The notes under the pieces were generated by a model, which worked only from the letters and a program-made list of their open reading frames with translations, made no database searches and was not told the origin of the DNA. A program made the position numbers and the translations under genes. A stretch of DNA of 63,660 nucleotides, filler included, from Octopus bimaculoides (lineage: Eukaryota): assembly GCF_001194135.2 (NCBI RefSeq). It is 7 parts of 5 records of this genome, joined end to end, with 100 filler letters (N's around TTAATTAATTAA, not from the genome) between each part and the next. Parts side by side here need not be neighbours in the genome. Positions count along the whole stretch, not along the records: positions 21,352 to 43,806 come from NC_068985.1; 6 more parts are not named here. One strand, written 5' to 3'. Of the stretch, positions 21,352 through 34,535 are shown piece after piece; the stretch's first letter is position 1, and the number at the start of each line of letters is the position of its first letter.

Positions 21352-21670
21352 GATCGTGAAATTAACGTGCAAGTGGCTGAGCACTCCACAGACATGTGTA
21401 CCCTTAACATAGTTCTCGGGGATATTCAGCGTGACACAGTGTGACAAGGCTGACCCTTTGAATTACAGGCACAACAGAAACAGGAAGTAAGAGTGAGAGA
21501 AAATTGTGGTGAAAGAGTACAGCAGGGTTCACCACCATCCCCTGCCAGAACCTCATGGAGCTTTAGGTGTTTTCGCTCAATAAACACTCACAATGCCCGG
21601 TCTGGGAATCGAAACCGTGATCCTATGACCGCGAGTCCGCTGCCCTAACCACTGGGCCATTGCGCCTCCA
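21352..21670 (-). mobile_element. tRNA-derived SINE family C (second copy 42765-43085 on +)
   Basis: Head ggaggcgcaatggcccagtggttagggcagcggactcgcggtcataggatcacggtttcgattccc has A-box and B-box; the body is shared with 42765-43085. Confidence 0.85.
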
Positions 21671-23462
21671 CTGACCTTATATATAGATATATATATGTAA
21701 TGTTTGTATGTATGTATATGCATGTCTTTGTGTTTGTGTTTGCCCTTCCCCCATCTTGCACCGCTTAATCATCAATGATGAGTTATTCACGTGCCTGACT
21801 TTGCAGTTCGGCAAAAGAGCGATAGAATAAGTATCAGAAGTTAAAAAGCGAGTGCATGGAACCTTACCAAATCTGTAACAACATCTCTAATACAGTAAAA
21901 TCACTACCAACCCCGTAACAGCTCGCCAGTGCTGAAACAGCAACAAAGCCGAACAAGCAGCCTCTTGAACAAATGCCGAAGCCTCAACCCAGTCGCCCGA
22001 TCATCCATAAATCGCAGTCAATCTTCCCTCACGTCATGCAATGTTGTCATGACAATGTAGTACATATATCAGTTTCAAATGTTGGCACAAGGCCAGCAAT
22101 TACGGAGGAGGGGATAGTTGAATGTTTCAACCCCAGTGCACAACTGGTACTTATTTTATCAACCTCGAAATAATGAAAGGCAAAGTCGACCTCGTAGGAA
22201 TTTGAATAAAGACGGACGAAATGCTGCCAAGCTTTTCGTCCGGCGTGATAACGATCTTGCCAGCTCGTCAAGTTATGGCAGCGTCATACTAGTTTCAAAT
22301 TTTGGCACAGAGTGAGGAATTTCAGGGGCGGAGTGCTAACGATTCCGCTAGCTTGCCATTTTGTTGTAGTACATATGAGATGGTTATGTCTGGAACGCCT
22401 TTAATCATAGCTCTACTTGATGTAGTCTTATTTTAGGTTAAACAACCAACTAGCGCCACTCGTTATTCTACCAAATACTACCAGATGTACCGCCTCCAAT
22501 CTCAACAACAAAACTAACAGCAACAATGAGCCAACGAGGGACTCCACACGAGGTCGCACAGTCGGCTAGAAATAGCTGCGGAAAATTGCTCGAATCGCAA
22601 CATGCTGTCTTTGAAAACCAAGAAGGAAAGAGTACCTAATGCAATATGAGATATGTTGTAAAAGACGGGAAGGTCGTGGCTCAAGCGCTTTGATCAACAA
22701 CAACAACATATCCAAAAGAGTACCCTAACTGTATACAATCACTATCACCACTTTATTATTACATTTTATATAACCACATCAACATCAACAACAACAATAG
22801 TAGCGCAACGCCGCCATTGCATTGAGAATAACAATGATAAAACCCTTTCGCCATAACCTTCTGCCTTTTCTACATACTGCAGAATAAGAATTAAACGAAC
22901 CGATTAATAGAAAATCTTAGTTTATGATTCTCATTGTTATAAAATGACCATTGATTTAAGGTTCATAATACAAACAACAGACCACTATAGTTTATTAGGA
23001 TTCATTTGTCAAAACCGCTAAATATGGCTGGCGTTATTTACACTAGGCGTCTGGATATTGGAATATTTGCTCATAAAATAACAGATTTGTGGGTTGTGCG
23101 TGTGTACTGGTGTGTGAAGCCTTGTGTCGTTGTGTGTGTATAAATATATTGGTTGTGTGTTATGTGTGTTGCTTATACACATATATGAATGTATTCACGT
23201 AACACGAAAACATAAGCGATACACATTCTTAGACATATACATGCCAAAAACACAGATAAGTACAGATGCGCATACACACGCGTATATGAGTGTGTATTGC
23301 AGCTATAGAAAATGGTTATATATTTCATTGATTATATATATATATATATACACTCACGCACGCACACATACATATATACATACATATGCGTGGGTGCGTG
23401 CATTTGTAAATGCGCGTAAATAAGTTATTAATGATAGATAGATAGATAAATAGATAGATAGT

Positions 23463-23498
<36 letters not shown>

Positions 23499-23799
23499 CA
23501 GCGAGATCGGTAGATAGACAGACAGACAGACAGATAGATAGATATCTTTTTATTATAGTCACACAGGGCTAAATACAGAAAATGGACAAATTACAAAGTA
23601 GAGCTTTTCTTGTGGGGGGGGGGGATAATTTCGATCAAAAGGAATCGCGGGAAGAAAAAAAAAACGTGGGTGTGGGGGCGATCAATAGGGATCGTGTATC
23701 ACAGTCGATGTAAAAAACGGGGAACAGATTAGGTTTATCCGTGGAGAGAAAAGCCTACGGAAAAGACCACGGTCACCTCAGGCTTTTTTTTTTTAAGGT

Positions 23800-23845
<46 letters not shown>

Positions 23846-24479
23846 TATATACACATACATATTTTTCCATGCTTATAAAACTGTGTTCCAGTGCTGAAGA
23901 ATACCAATACCAACCATAATAGAACTAATTCCTTTGAGTTCATCAACACTGTATTTAACTCGTAATTTTGATAACGAGCCCTGTGCAATACTACAATATA
24001 TCAATAGCGATTATTGCTACCGACCTATAGTTTTCAAGAACTTAACTAAAAGTAAGCCCTGTAATACTATTTGGATTACCGTCAACTTTTTTTTTTTTTC
24101 TTTAAACGTAAAAACGAACATATGTATAAAATTCCTAGGGCAGCGTGCTGGCGAGAGTCGGTAGCACGCCGGTCAAAATGCTTAGAGTCATTTCGTCCGT
24201 CTTTACGTTCTGAGTTCAAATTCAGCCAAGGCCGCCTTTGCTTTTGATCCTTTCGTGCTCGTTAAAATAAGTGCCAGTTCAGTACAAAGGTCTATGAAAT
24301 TTATTAGACCCATCCCCTAAAATGTCAGGCTTTGTATATTTAGCAGAAATAATATGTATAAGATTCTAGCATTTAAAGACAAGCATTTTCTAGCATTTAA
24401 AGACAAGCAATTTTTTTATGTAAACTGTTTGAAAGTTACCAAATGCTTCTAACCTGAAAAATATGTTATCATAGAAACT

Positions 24480-24605
24480 CCACTCACAAGGCTTTGGATG
24501 GCCCGAGGCTACAGTACAAGAAACTTGCCCAAGGTGCCAAGCAGTGGGACTGATCCCGGAACCATGTGGTTGGTATGCAAGCTACTTACCACAGCTACTC
24601 CTGCG

Positions 24606-24610
<5 letters not shown>
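24480..24610 (-). mobile_element. SINE family B 5' half; further copies 26440-26660 (-), 27465-27590 (-), 28640-29080 (+), 30000-30220 (+), 39640-40040 (-), 45455-45950 (+, two), 50285-50920 (+, variant tail)
   Basis: Shared ggagtggctgtgtggtaag...aaccacatggttccgggttcagtcccactgcgtggcaccttgggcaagtgtcttc head and/or gtgtttgtccccc...cttagcggttcggcaaaag...gctccagcatggccgcagtc tail. Confidence 0.8.
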
Positions 24611-24638
<28 letters not shown>

Positions 24639-26675
24639 NNNNNNNNNNNNNNNNNNNNNNNNNNNNNNNNNNNNNNNNNNNNNNNNNNNNNNNNNNNNNN
24701 NNNNNNNNNNNNNNNNNNNNNNNNNNNNNNNNNNNNNNNNNNNNNNNNNNNNNAATACAAAAATGGGACAAGAACGCAAAACATCCAGACAGTTATGTGA
24801 TACAAAAAAGGGACAACAAAACATCCAGACAGATGATACAAAGAAAACAAGGACGGGTCATTCGAAGTTTTCTATCCTCAGTCGAGTTCCAGATTATCTT
24901 TGCAATTTCGGCTGGTTATACACGAGATTGTTCCAATCTAGCCAGCCCTAAGGAAAAATTAAGCTAAGAGCATTAGATTCCTTGGAAGAAAGCAGTGAAT
25001 GTATACGAAAACATACATTCGCTGCTTTCTTCCAAGGAAAATATGTTACCGCTAAGCATTTTGCCCGGCGTGCAAACGATTCTGCCAGCTCGCCACCTGA
25101 ATAATTGTAGAATATTATTCTTTTTGTTTTTGAGCAGTTGCCTGGTGCCTTCATTTTTACTGACATTGTTTTGTACATGCAGTCTGAATGTCACCATACA
25201 ACAGAGAAAGAGTATGTGCACTGATATTAAGCCACTTCCTCTTTCTTTTCTTCAGAGAAAGAAACTACTAATATTGCTGTTTCCCTCGAAGCTTATTGAT
25301 GTAGGCAGAAACTTTCAAGCTTTAATATCTATGGAGTAGATTTCCTCACAAACTAGACAAGTGTCCCGAAATATTTGCACCAATACTAGCATTGTAACTG
25401 CATTGTAAGATATTGACTTATGGTAAGTGGAAAGCCCTGACTACCTTATTTAAAAGACTCGTATGATATTCTCTGTTCATTCTAGGTTTACTCACAATGT
25501 CTTTGTATGATTTATCTTTACCAGTAAGTAGGTATTTTGTAGCAATCGTTGTGCGGCGTGTGTCAGATAACAAAGGGGTCTGTGTTCGGAAAACTCGTTT
25601 CTGCTTTCAACTGTCAAAAACGAACATTTCTTTTTGTCAAATATATCACTAGAGCATATTACTAAATTCATTTGTTTCTCACCATTGTAAATATTTTGAG
25701 TATAAATTTTTACTTCGCCCATAAAGAAATTATGAATAACATTAGTGTCTCTTGCTGTTGTGAACTCCAGAACATAAATCAGGATTTTCTCAAAGAAAAC
25801 AAAAATAGTTTTAGTTCCAAAATAAGCAGAAGCATGGACATACTGTCTCCTGAGAATATTCTTTCAAATTATTTATAACATCGAAGATAATAGATTCGCT
25901 TGCAGTTATAAGTAAGGGTTGTGAGTCATATTTCTGTAAACTTTCCAATGCCAACCGCGATGGCAGCAAGCACATATACCAAACTGCAGTGATTTCAACA
26001 GACATGAGATAATAAAAAAAAAAAAATCTAATTCCTTTCTGTAATGAAGCCACGTTGCCACAAGGTGTTGTTTTCTCTTGCTTTTAGATTCGGACAGTAC
26101 AGCTTTATTTATCAAAATATTGGTATTGGCGGTATTCTTGTTATCAATGCTTAATCGTACGAGCAAAATCCCAGGCGATGAAATGTATTTTTTTATAATC
26201 AGGACGAATGTCGCTAAACTGGAAAGTAAATCATGTTTTTCTTGTCTTATAACAGAAGAAAAAGCAAGTTACTGATTTAAGTTTAGCCAAGGAAGAATCA
26301 TTGTAGTTAGAAACTTTCAAATATACGTTTTAGAAGGTCGGCCACCCTGCTCGTCTTTTGTTTGTGATCCCATCTTTTGTGCTTACATGTAAGAGCATAT
26401 AAGTATAGGTGTATGTGTGTGTGTATATATAGATTCCTTCATTCTTTTATTCTTTTATTTGTTTCAATCATTTGACAGCGACCATCCTGGAGTACCGCCT
26501 TTACTCGAGTAAATCGAAACCAGGGTTTATTCTTTGCAAGCCTAGTACTTATTCTATCAGTCTCTTTTGCCGAACTACTAGTTTACGGAGACATAAACAC
26601 ACCAACATCGGTTGTCAAGCAATGCTGGGGGGAACAAACACAGACACACACATACACACACATGCACACACACAG

Positions 26676-26747
<72 letters not shown>

Positions 26748-26758
26748 CAATTTGTAGC

Positions 26759-27425
26759 AAATAATTCACGAGAAAAATAGTTCACGGATAAATAATTTGC
26801 GAAGATAGCATTGACTCTGTTATTATCTAATGTAACAGTTTTAAAATGATAATAGCAGAATCAATAATATAGGCGCTTGCAGGCCCCCAAAAAGCATTAA
26901 ATCGCTGAAGGATTACAATTAATCAAAGGGCATACTAAGTATGTCTACCTGCTGGAAATAACAGTCAAAAGTCTTATTTAAATCACCAGAATACACGGAT
27001 AACAACTACAGAAATCAACCGTCCGAAGGCAAACGGGCTAAGGCAACCTCTCCTCATACTTCTCAGTACTTGGTCTCACGTGGACCGGTTTCTGGACTGA
27101 GATCATAGCCTAACCTTCCTCAGGACGCGTTACCATGACAGAGATCCCCAACCCGTCGTTCTGAAGTCTGCGCTGCAACGGATTCATTTTGCGCCAAAAT
27201 AATGGCAGTCACCGGTGTGAAAATAATTTCAATACGGAGTAAATAATTCGCGAGAAAAATAATTCACGAAAAAATCATTTGCGAAGATATCATTGACTCT
27301 GTTACTATCTAATGTAACAATTTAAAAATGATAATAAAAGAATCAATAATATAGGTGATTGCAGGCCCCCAAAAAGCATTAAATCGCTGAAGGATTAAAA
27401 TTAATCAAAGGACATACTAAATATG
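26759..27425. repeat. Pair of 185-bp direct repeats (26759-26943 and 27241-27425) enclosing about 300 bp
   Basis: aaataattcacgagaaaaatagttcacg...ggcccccaaaaagcattaaatcgctgaaggatta...catactaagtatg is repeated with scattered substitutions. Confidence 0.9.
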
Positions 27426-27612
27426 CCGTGAATTATTTGCTCAGTATTGAATATATATATCCGCTCACAAGGCTTTGGTCGGCTCGTGGCTATAGTAGAA
27501 GACACTTATTCAAGGTACCACGCAGTGGGATAGAACCCGGAATCATGTGGTTGGGAAGTAATCTTCTTGCCACATAGCCACTCCTGCGCCTATCCACACA
27601 ACAACCCCTGCG

Positions 27613-27663
<51 letters not shown>

Positions 27664-27742
27664 NNNNNNNNNNNNNNNNNNNNNNNNNNNNNNNNNNNNN
27701 NNNNNNNNNNNNNNNNNNNNNNNNNNNNNNNNNNNNNNNNNN

Positions 27743-27794
<52 letters not shown>

Positions 27795-29464
27795 CTTTAT
27801 TTCAAAATTCCTCAACTGTAAAACAAGATAGATCTGCACTGCAGCCCAGAAACATGGCTCTATTTTGGAGGTTTAAACATCAGTCATCTATGTATGAGTG
27901 GATGCACGCATGTCATCGCATGTCTATTCCTTGTGCTTTCTTATTCTGAAGTCTTCCATTTCAGTCTCAAAGATGTCAACATAAATATTATATGCTTTTG
28001 GTGTAATGCTAAAACAATAATTCTTTCAGATTTCTTCTAACTATACTTCATTTCGGTTTAAATTATTTTTTTTCTTTTCTACAGAATAAATCTGCATCTT
28101 CTTAAAAAAGGAACTTTTATGTTGTCTTTTGAATACTACTACATCACTCAGGAGACTGCTGATTGATTTCAACTGAATTTCTTAATTATTTTTCTCCCTC
28201 GATATCATTGATCAATATCAAAATCTAATCAATAAGCCTCTTATCAATACTAGTCGTTTTAAAATGTTCTGTTTTGTAGTGGGTGCTTTAAAACACGGAA
28301 TTATCATTTCGTTAAACTTTTCAAAAATACATTTCAATTGATTTATCTTCTTCACACTTCCAGATCACTTATTATTGTAACTGCAGCTATAGCGGTTGGT
28401 AGCTTAGAGTGGACGGTCAGCCTATCTACGAGAAAATACAGTGGCGGTTGTAGTTTCACTTGTGTTGCAAATATTTGGGTAATACGAAGAAATTCATGCA
28501 CTGAGAGGCGCATGTTTTTCGAATAAAGTTATCAATCTTCTTTTCACGTTTGGCAAATGCTGGTGTGGTTATTTTGTTAAGAGATAATTTAGTACAAGAC
28601 AAATTTCGTCGGAGTAGAATTTAATTCTATTCATATATAGACGAAGCTGTGGTTGTGTGGTAAGAAGTTTGTTTTCTAACCACAAAGTTCCGGGATCCAT
28701 CCTACTACGTGGTAACTTGGGTGAGTGTCTTCTACTATACCCTTGGGTGACCAGAGTGAATTTTGTGGACGGAAACTGAAAGGAGCCCATCGTATATGTG
28801 TGTATATTTGTCTATGTGTGTGCATATGTGTGTGTGCGCGCCTATGTGTGCGTGCGCATGTGTGTATATGTGTGTGTATGGGTTTTTTCATCCACCACTG
28901 CTTTACAACAGGTGTTGGTGTGTTTATGTCCCTGTAACTTAGCTCTTCGGCAAAACGGATCGATAGAATGAGTACCATGCTTATAAAAGTACAAGTACTG
29001 GAATCGTTTCGTTCGACTAAACCCCTTCAAGGTGGCGGCCCAGCTTTGCCGCAGTTCAATTGTGAAGCAAGTAAAAGAGTCGTTATTATGTTCATATCTA
29101 CCAGGAAAAAACTTTATAATTTCGATTTCTTCCATAACTACTACAAGTGTTAAAAAGTTGTTGACCTTTTTTGGTGTTGTTTTTCTTCAGTTGCTTCTCC
29201 ATGTTGCTGAGGTTGAGCCCAGTGATGTTTGTAGCTGTTCTCAATTTGGTGAATTCCATTTTGAGACGAATACCTCAACGATCTTTAGTAAAAGCTGTTT
29301 TCAGTGAATGTTACAAGATGAATAACCAGTTATTTCACAAGGTTGATAGTCATGGCAATATGGCTACATATGGTATTTATCGAAAATTGAATGCATAATA
29401 CTTCATATGAAATATGCATCTATCCATGCTGAGTGATGCGCTTTACCTATGCATGTGTGAATAT

Positions 29465-29960
29465 AGGTATGTTCTCTTCTCTTACTTACTATTTGAAATC
29501 TTCTTCTAAGGAAGGAGCTGGTCTCTAACAAAGATACAAAGCGCCATCGTTATAATGTGGAAAATATGAACCAATTTACATTTTAAACTTGAGAAAAGTC
29601 TTGTATATCTTTGATGTTCCACTTACAGATTAACACTTATGTATGTATGTTCTCTTCTATTTTTAATTATCGAAATTCGTCCCCTGAGGAAAAGGCTGGT
29701 TTCTAACAAAGATACAAAGACTGCATTCGGATAAAAGTTGTTTTATTATCAAACGCTGGAATGTAGATAGCACATTTTAAACTTGAAAAAAGTCTTGCAT
29801 ACCTTTACTGTTCCACTTACAGATTGAATTTGTAATGCGCGAATCAGTTGGTTGATCTCTTTTTCTGAAAACCCTAACTTACCTAGATTGTCACTTAGGC
29901 ATTTACTGACAAAATCAAATGCACTATTTAGTATTGGTATGAATGTGAATTTATAATATT
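29465..29960 (-). pseudogene. Two head-to-tail 3' ends of an RLE-type (R4/Dong-like) non-LTR retrotransposon
   Basis: Minus strand reads FTFIPILNSAFDFVSKCLSDNLGKLGFSEKEINQLIRALQIQSVSGTVKVCKTFFKFKM* plus 3' UTR, then again SVSGTSKIYKTFLKFKM* plus UTR. Each UTR ends gaagagaacatac; the longer copy continues into (ATAC)n. Confidence 0.6.
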
Positions 29961-30899
29961 GATATATATATATATATATGTGTGTGTTTGTGTGTGTGTG
30001 TGTTTGTGTGTCTGTGTTTGTCCCCCCAACATCGCTTGACAACCGATACTGGTGTGTTTACGTCCCCGTAACTTAGTGGTTCGGCAAAAGAGGGCGATAG
30101 AATAAGTACTAGGCATACAAAGAATAAGTCCCGCGGTCGATTTGCTCGACTAAAGGCGGTGCTCCAGCATGGCCGCAGTCAAATGACTGAAACAAGTAAA
30201 AGAGTAAAAGAGTAAAGAGTATCAGTTGATTTCTATGACGGTACATTCTTTCTCTTGTCTGCATGTTTATCAGTAAGCGAGTGTTGTGTACAGGTAGGAA
30301 AATGAGGATTCCTATGACTGTTTATTTCTGAATTTTGATAAACGTGTGTATTAAGTTTGCATGGACTTTGTCTATCTGAATTTACACGCGAAGTTAGATA
30401 TTTTTGTGTATCCGTGTCTATTGGTGTGTGTTTATGTGTCAGAGCGTGTGAAAAATATACTACTTTTTCTCTATCGATTAGAATGTGTTTCTAATATCTG
30501 TCTAATTGAATATATTTATATATATGTATATATATGTATGTGTGTATGTAAATATTTGTATGCGGTAGGTTTAGGTACGTATAATTTATGTACGTATGAG
30601 AATGAGCTTCTACGTGTGCAGATATCATTCTCTATGCTCACGTAATTATGCATGTGAGTGAAGAAATGTCTATGTGTATGTGCGTATATATGCAGCTTTG
30701 GAAAATAGCCAATTCTTCACCAAGGATAACCAATGTGTTGCCATCACAATGCCGCAAAAATTCTCTGGAAAATCTTCCTCTGCGATGATGCACAGCTGTT
30801 TAGAAAGAAATACTAAAACAGTTAATGACATGTATAGAATTATGTTTATATGCCTATATACACCGATAAACGTGTAAGCATCAATAGTGGCACAAACAA

Positions 30900-30920
30900 A
30901 TATATATATTATATATATAT

Positions 30921-30985
<65 letters not shown>

Positions 30986-31000
30986 CATATATGCATGTAC

Positions 31001-31040
<40 letters not shown>

Positions 31041-31340
31041 NNNNNNNNNNNNNNNNNNNNNNNNNNNNNNNNNNNNNNNNNNNNNNNNNNNNNNNNNNNN
31101 NNNNNNNNNNNNNNNNNNNNNNNNNNNNNNNNNNNNNNNNNNNNNNNNNNNNNNNNNNNNNNNNNNNNNNNNNNNNNNNNNNNNNNNNNNNNNNNNNNNN
31201 NNATTCACATACATACACACATGCATGCATACATACATACAAAAATATACATACATACATACATACATACATGCATACATACATACATACATGCATACAT
31301 ACATACATACATACATACATACATACATACATACATGCGT
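30900..31340. repeat. Compound (TA)/(GATA)/(TACA)n microsatellites around a gap
   Basis: Direct read. Confidence 0.95.
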
Positions 31341-32579
31341 ATGCGTCAATGTGAATAAATAAAACAGAAAGGATAGGCTTGAAACATAAGATAGAAAGAA
31401 AATATGGCTTATTTACTGCGAGATTTAGAAATTTCGGTGACTATTTCTCTATATCTCTACTGATAACACAAACTTTGAGATTGCATTCGGATAAAAGTTG
31501 TTTTATTATCAAACGTTCACTACAAACTCTAAATTTATCTTCTCACTCGGTGCCTTTAATGTCGAACAGTTCGGATATAAGTATTTGCATACTGCCTCAT
31601 CTCACATCCAACAAATGAACTGGTATCATCTCTCTTTTCAAAACACCGCTCCGAATTATTCTTGCTTAGAATGTCAAACGTATATAATCTGCAGTCAACA
31701 AGGTTGTATTTTTTTTTTATGGGCTCGCAGAATCGTTAGCACACCGTGCAAAATGCTTCGCGGCATTTTGTCCATCTTCGCATACTGAGTTTAAATCCCG
31801 CAGTGGTCGACTCTGCCTTCCGTATTTTCAGTGTCCTTTAAATAAATACTATTCAAGCACTTGGGTCAACAGTCCAAAGAAAGCTAGCAGGGCGAAACTT
31901 CTAAGTCACTGTCATTCTCTTTCTTGTAAACATATAGTACAACCACATGTTAATTGATCTAAGAAATGCAACTTACGCGTAGCAGAATGATCTCATATCT
32001 TTCTTAGACCCAGCAATTCCAACATACTGCTTAATTCGAGATCTGAAATTTTTAGCAGGTGTAGACACATGGACAGGTTTCTGTTATCGAATTGGAGAAC
32101 GCCACTCGCTCCGGATTGAGTTGCTGTCTCGCAAGCTGTGACATATTTTCTGCTTTTTGTTCTAAACCAGTTGTATTTAATGAGATTGCTACAATTAGGA
32201 AGGACGAAGGTCTTAGTTGTCTTGATTTCGTTTCTTTTTTCTCGTTCCATTTTTTTGTACCAACCTTCATCACATTTTTTCCGCATTTTTTTCTTATTTT
32301 CTCACTGTCCTGTGTCCGTGATTTTAAAGGTTATATGTAACACATAAACAGATCCTGAAAGATTGCTTTCAGATACATGGTGTATTTTATAAATATGCCT
32401 GTTCAAGTATCATAATAGCATGAAACTGTTAGTGCCTCTTTTGGTTGTGTATTTAAATTGATATATGTGTGTATATGTGTGTGTGTGTGTACATGTACAT
32501 ATATATATTTGTTGTATGTGTATGTAAGTGTGTGTGCATGTGTGTGTGTATGTGCGTGTGTGTGTGTTATGATAGCAAG

Positions 32580-33430
32580 TCACAACGGTAGTTGAAGACT
32601 ATGGAAAAGAAGGAAAAGATTACCGACTGAAAAATTGAAATAGGATAAGATTGAAGATGAAATGGTAATTGGAAAGTGATTTATAGTGTTTGAGGCTGGA
32701 GATGCAGTTGATGTAGAGACCAATGGTGCATGGAAGAATGGTGACCAAATGAGTTCAGGGCAGAAGAAAGGTAAAAAGAAGGAAATTGATTTTGCATGAA
32801 TTATGGTATATTATTGAGGCACAAAAGGAACAAAAACTAATTGTTTTCAGTTGGAGAAGAAATGAGATAGACCTTGAAGTGGAGATAGCTAAATATTTGA
32901 ATCTAAAACTAGAGGTGAAAAGGTATTGAAACAGCGATAAAAGTGGAATTTTGGGAGAGAAACACGATTAAGCAGATAAATTAAACAATGTAAGAGCAAG
33001 GAATCAGAGAAGCTTATGAAGTAATAAAGGAAATTAGAGGTAAAGTAACGAGATCAAAAAGACTACTTGTGTTTATTATTGATGAGGACTTAATAACGTT
33101 AGGTATAAATAATATTATATTAAGATGGATATAAAATTTTAATGTAGACGTGAACAAGCCAAGTAATGGGTAGAAATGCTCTGATAATTTCTGAACCATA
33201 AGAGAAACCGGAACAAGCTATGCATGAATATCTTTTGAAGAACTTGAGCAATTTAGAAACCGGAAAGGCTACTGCTGGATTAGATGGGACTGCAGGAGAA
33301 ATGGTAAATACCGATTAGTAAATGTTGCTAGAGTATTATTAAAATCTGTTTAATAGTATAGTGAATATTTGAACAGATATCTGAAAATTGGAAAATCGAC
33401 GTTAACAACATAAAAGGATGGATTTGAAAG
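32580..33430 (+). pseudogene. Old, heavily decayed LINE ORF2 fragment (endonuclease-RT linker)
   Basis: 33241-33309 reads NLSNLETGKATAGLDGTAGEMVN, matching the LK.GKA.G.DG...E motif that precedes RT motif 1. The region is purine-skewed with many stops. Confidence 0.55.
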
Positions 33431-34286
33431 AATGTGGCAATTGAGAGGTTCGGTTTGTAACCCCGCGTGTTCAGTTTGATTATCCTGAATAAGATACGGA
33501 CTGCATTAAAATTCGTATTGGTTTCACATTGTGGCACAAGCCCAGCAATTTGGAGGGAGGATTAAGTCGATTACATCGACCCCAGTGTTCAACTAGTACT
33601 TATTTTATCGACCCCGAAAGGATGAAAGGCAAAGTCGACTTCGACGGAATTTTAATTCAGAAGGTAAAGACAGATGAAATGACGCTAAGCGTTTCGCCCG
33701 GCGTACTAACGTTTCTGCCCGCACGCCGCCTTGCGTTATAAATAATATTAATAAAAAGCAGGTTTCTGGAGACCGCGAGTTTCTAATGAGCAGATATTTC
33801 TTATTTGGGCATATTTTACAGCAATGTGGAATTTAAACGCTCATTGGGGATCGGTTTTGTAGACTCAGAAATGGTTTTTGGTAGCATGCATAAAATTGGT
33901 TTCAAATGTTGGCACTAGGCCAGTAATTAGTGGGTGGGGAAAAAGTCGATTACATCGATCCCCGAGCTCAGCTGGTACTTATTTTATGTACCCCGAAAGG
34001 ATAAAAGGCAAAGTCAACTTCGGCGATATTTGAACTTAGAACATAAGGCTGGAAGAAATACCGCTAAACATTTAGCCCGGTGTGATAACGATTCTGACAG
34101 TTCGCCGCTTTAAAAGAACCGGAAGAGACGCCATGAAGTATTTTGGCTGACGTGCTAACGATTTTGGCAGCTCGTCGCCTCATAGTATGCATATTTCAAA
34201 TATTTTGTATCTGCCAGAAACTTATTTCAATTTAATAGCTGAAAATGTCAAGGCATTAAATACTGAATAAATAAAAATAGAAATAA

Positions 34287-34535
34287 ATGCGCCCTTTTAA
34301 AGCCTAGCCAGGCTCATGGGCCCGGTTTCCCGGTTTCAATGGCGTATGCGTTCCCCAGCTGGACGGGACACCAGTCCATCGCAGCGTTACTCATTTTTGC
34401 CATCTGAGTGGACTGGAGCAACGTAAAATGAAGTGTTTTGCTTACGAACACAACGCGTCGCCCGGTCCAGGAATCGAAACCACAATCTTACGATCATGAT
34501 GCTGACACCCTAACCACTAAGCCACGCGCCTCCAC
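34287..34535 (-). mobile_element. tRNA-derived SINE with a V-SINE-like central domain
   Basis: tRNA head gtggaggcgcgtggcttagtggttagggtg...ggtttcgattcctggacc followed by ctgcgatggactggtgtcccgtccag, which resembles the V domain as I recall it. Confidence 0.65.

Noticed and set aside
21610-21670. tRNA gene candidates (also 34480-34535 and 44476-44545)
   Set aside because: These are tRNA-derived SINE heads continuing into SINE bodies, without intact acceptor stems.
28364-28478. Isolated exon-like segments at about 28.4 kb (both strands), 32.0 kb, 38.8 kb and 49.9 kb
   Set aside because: They are short open frames with GT/AG ends that I could not chain convincingly or assign to a family. They are expected by chance in AT-rich DNA.
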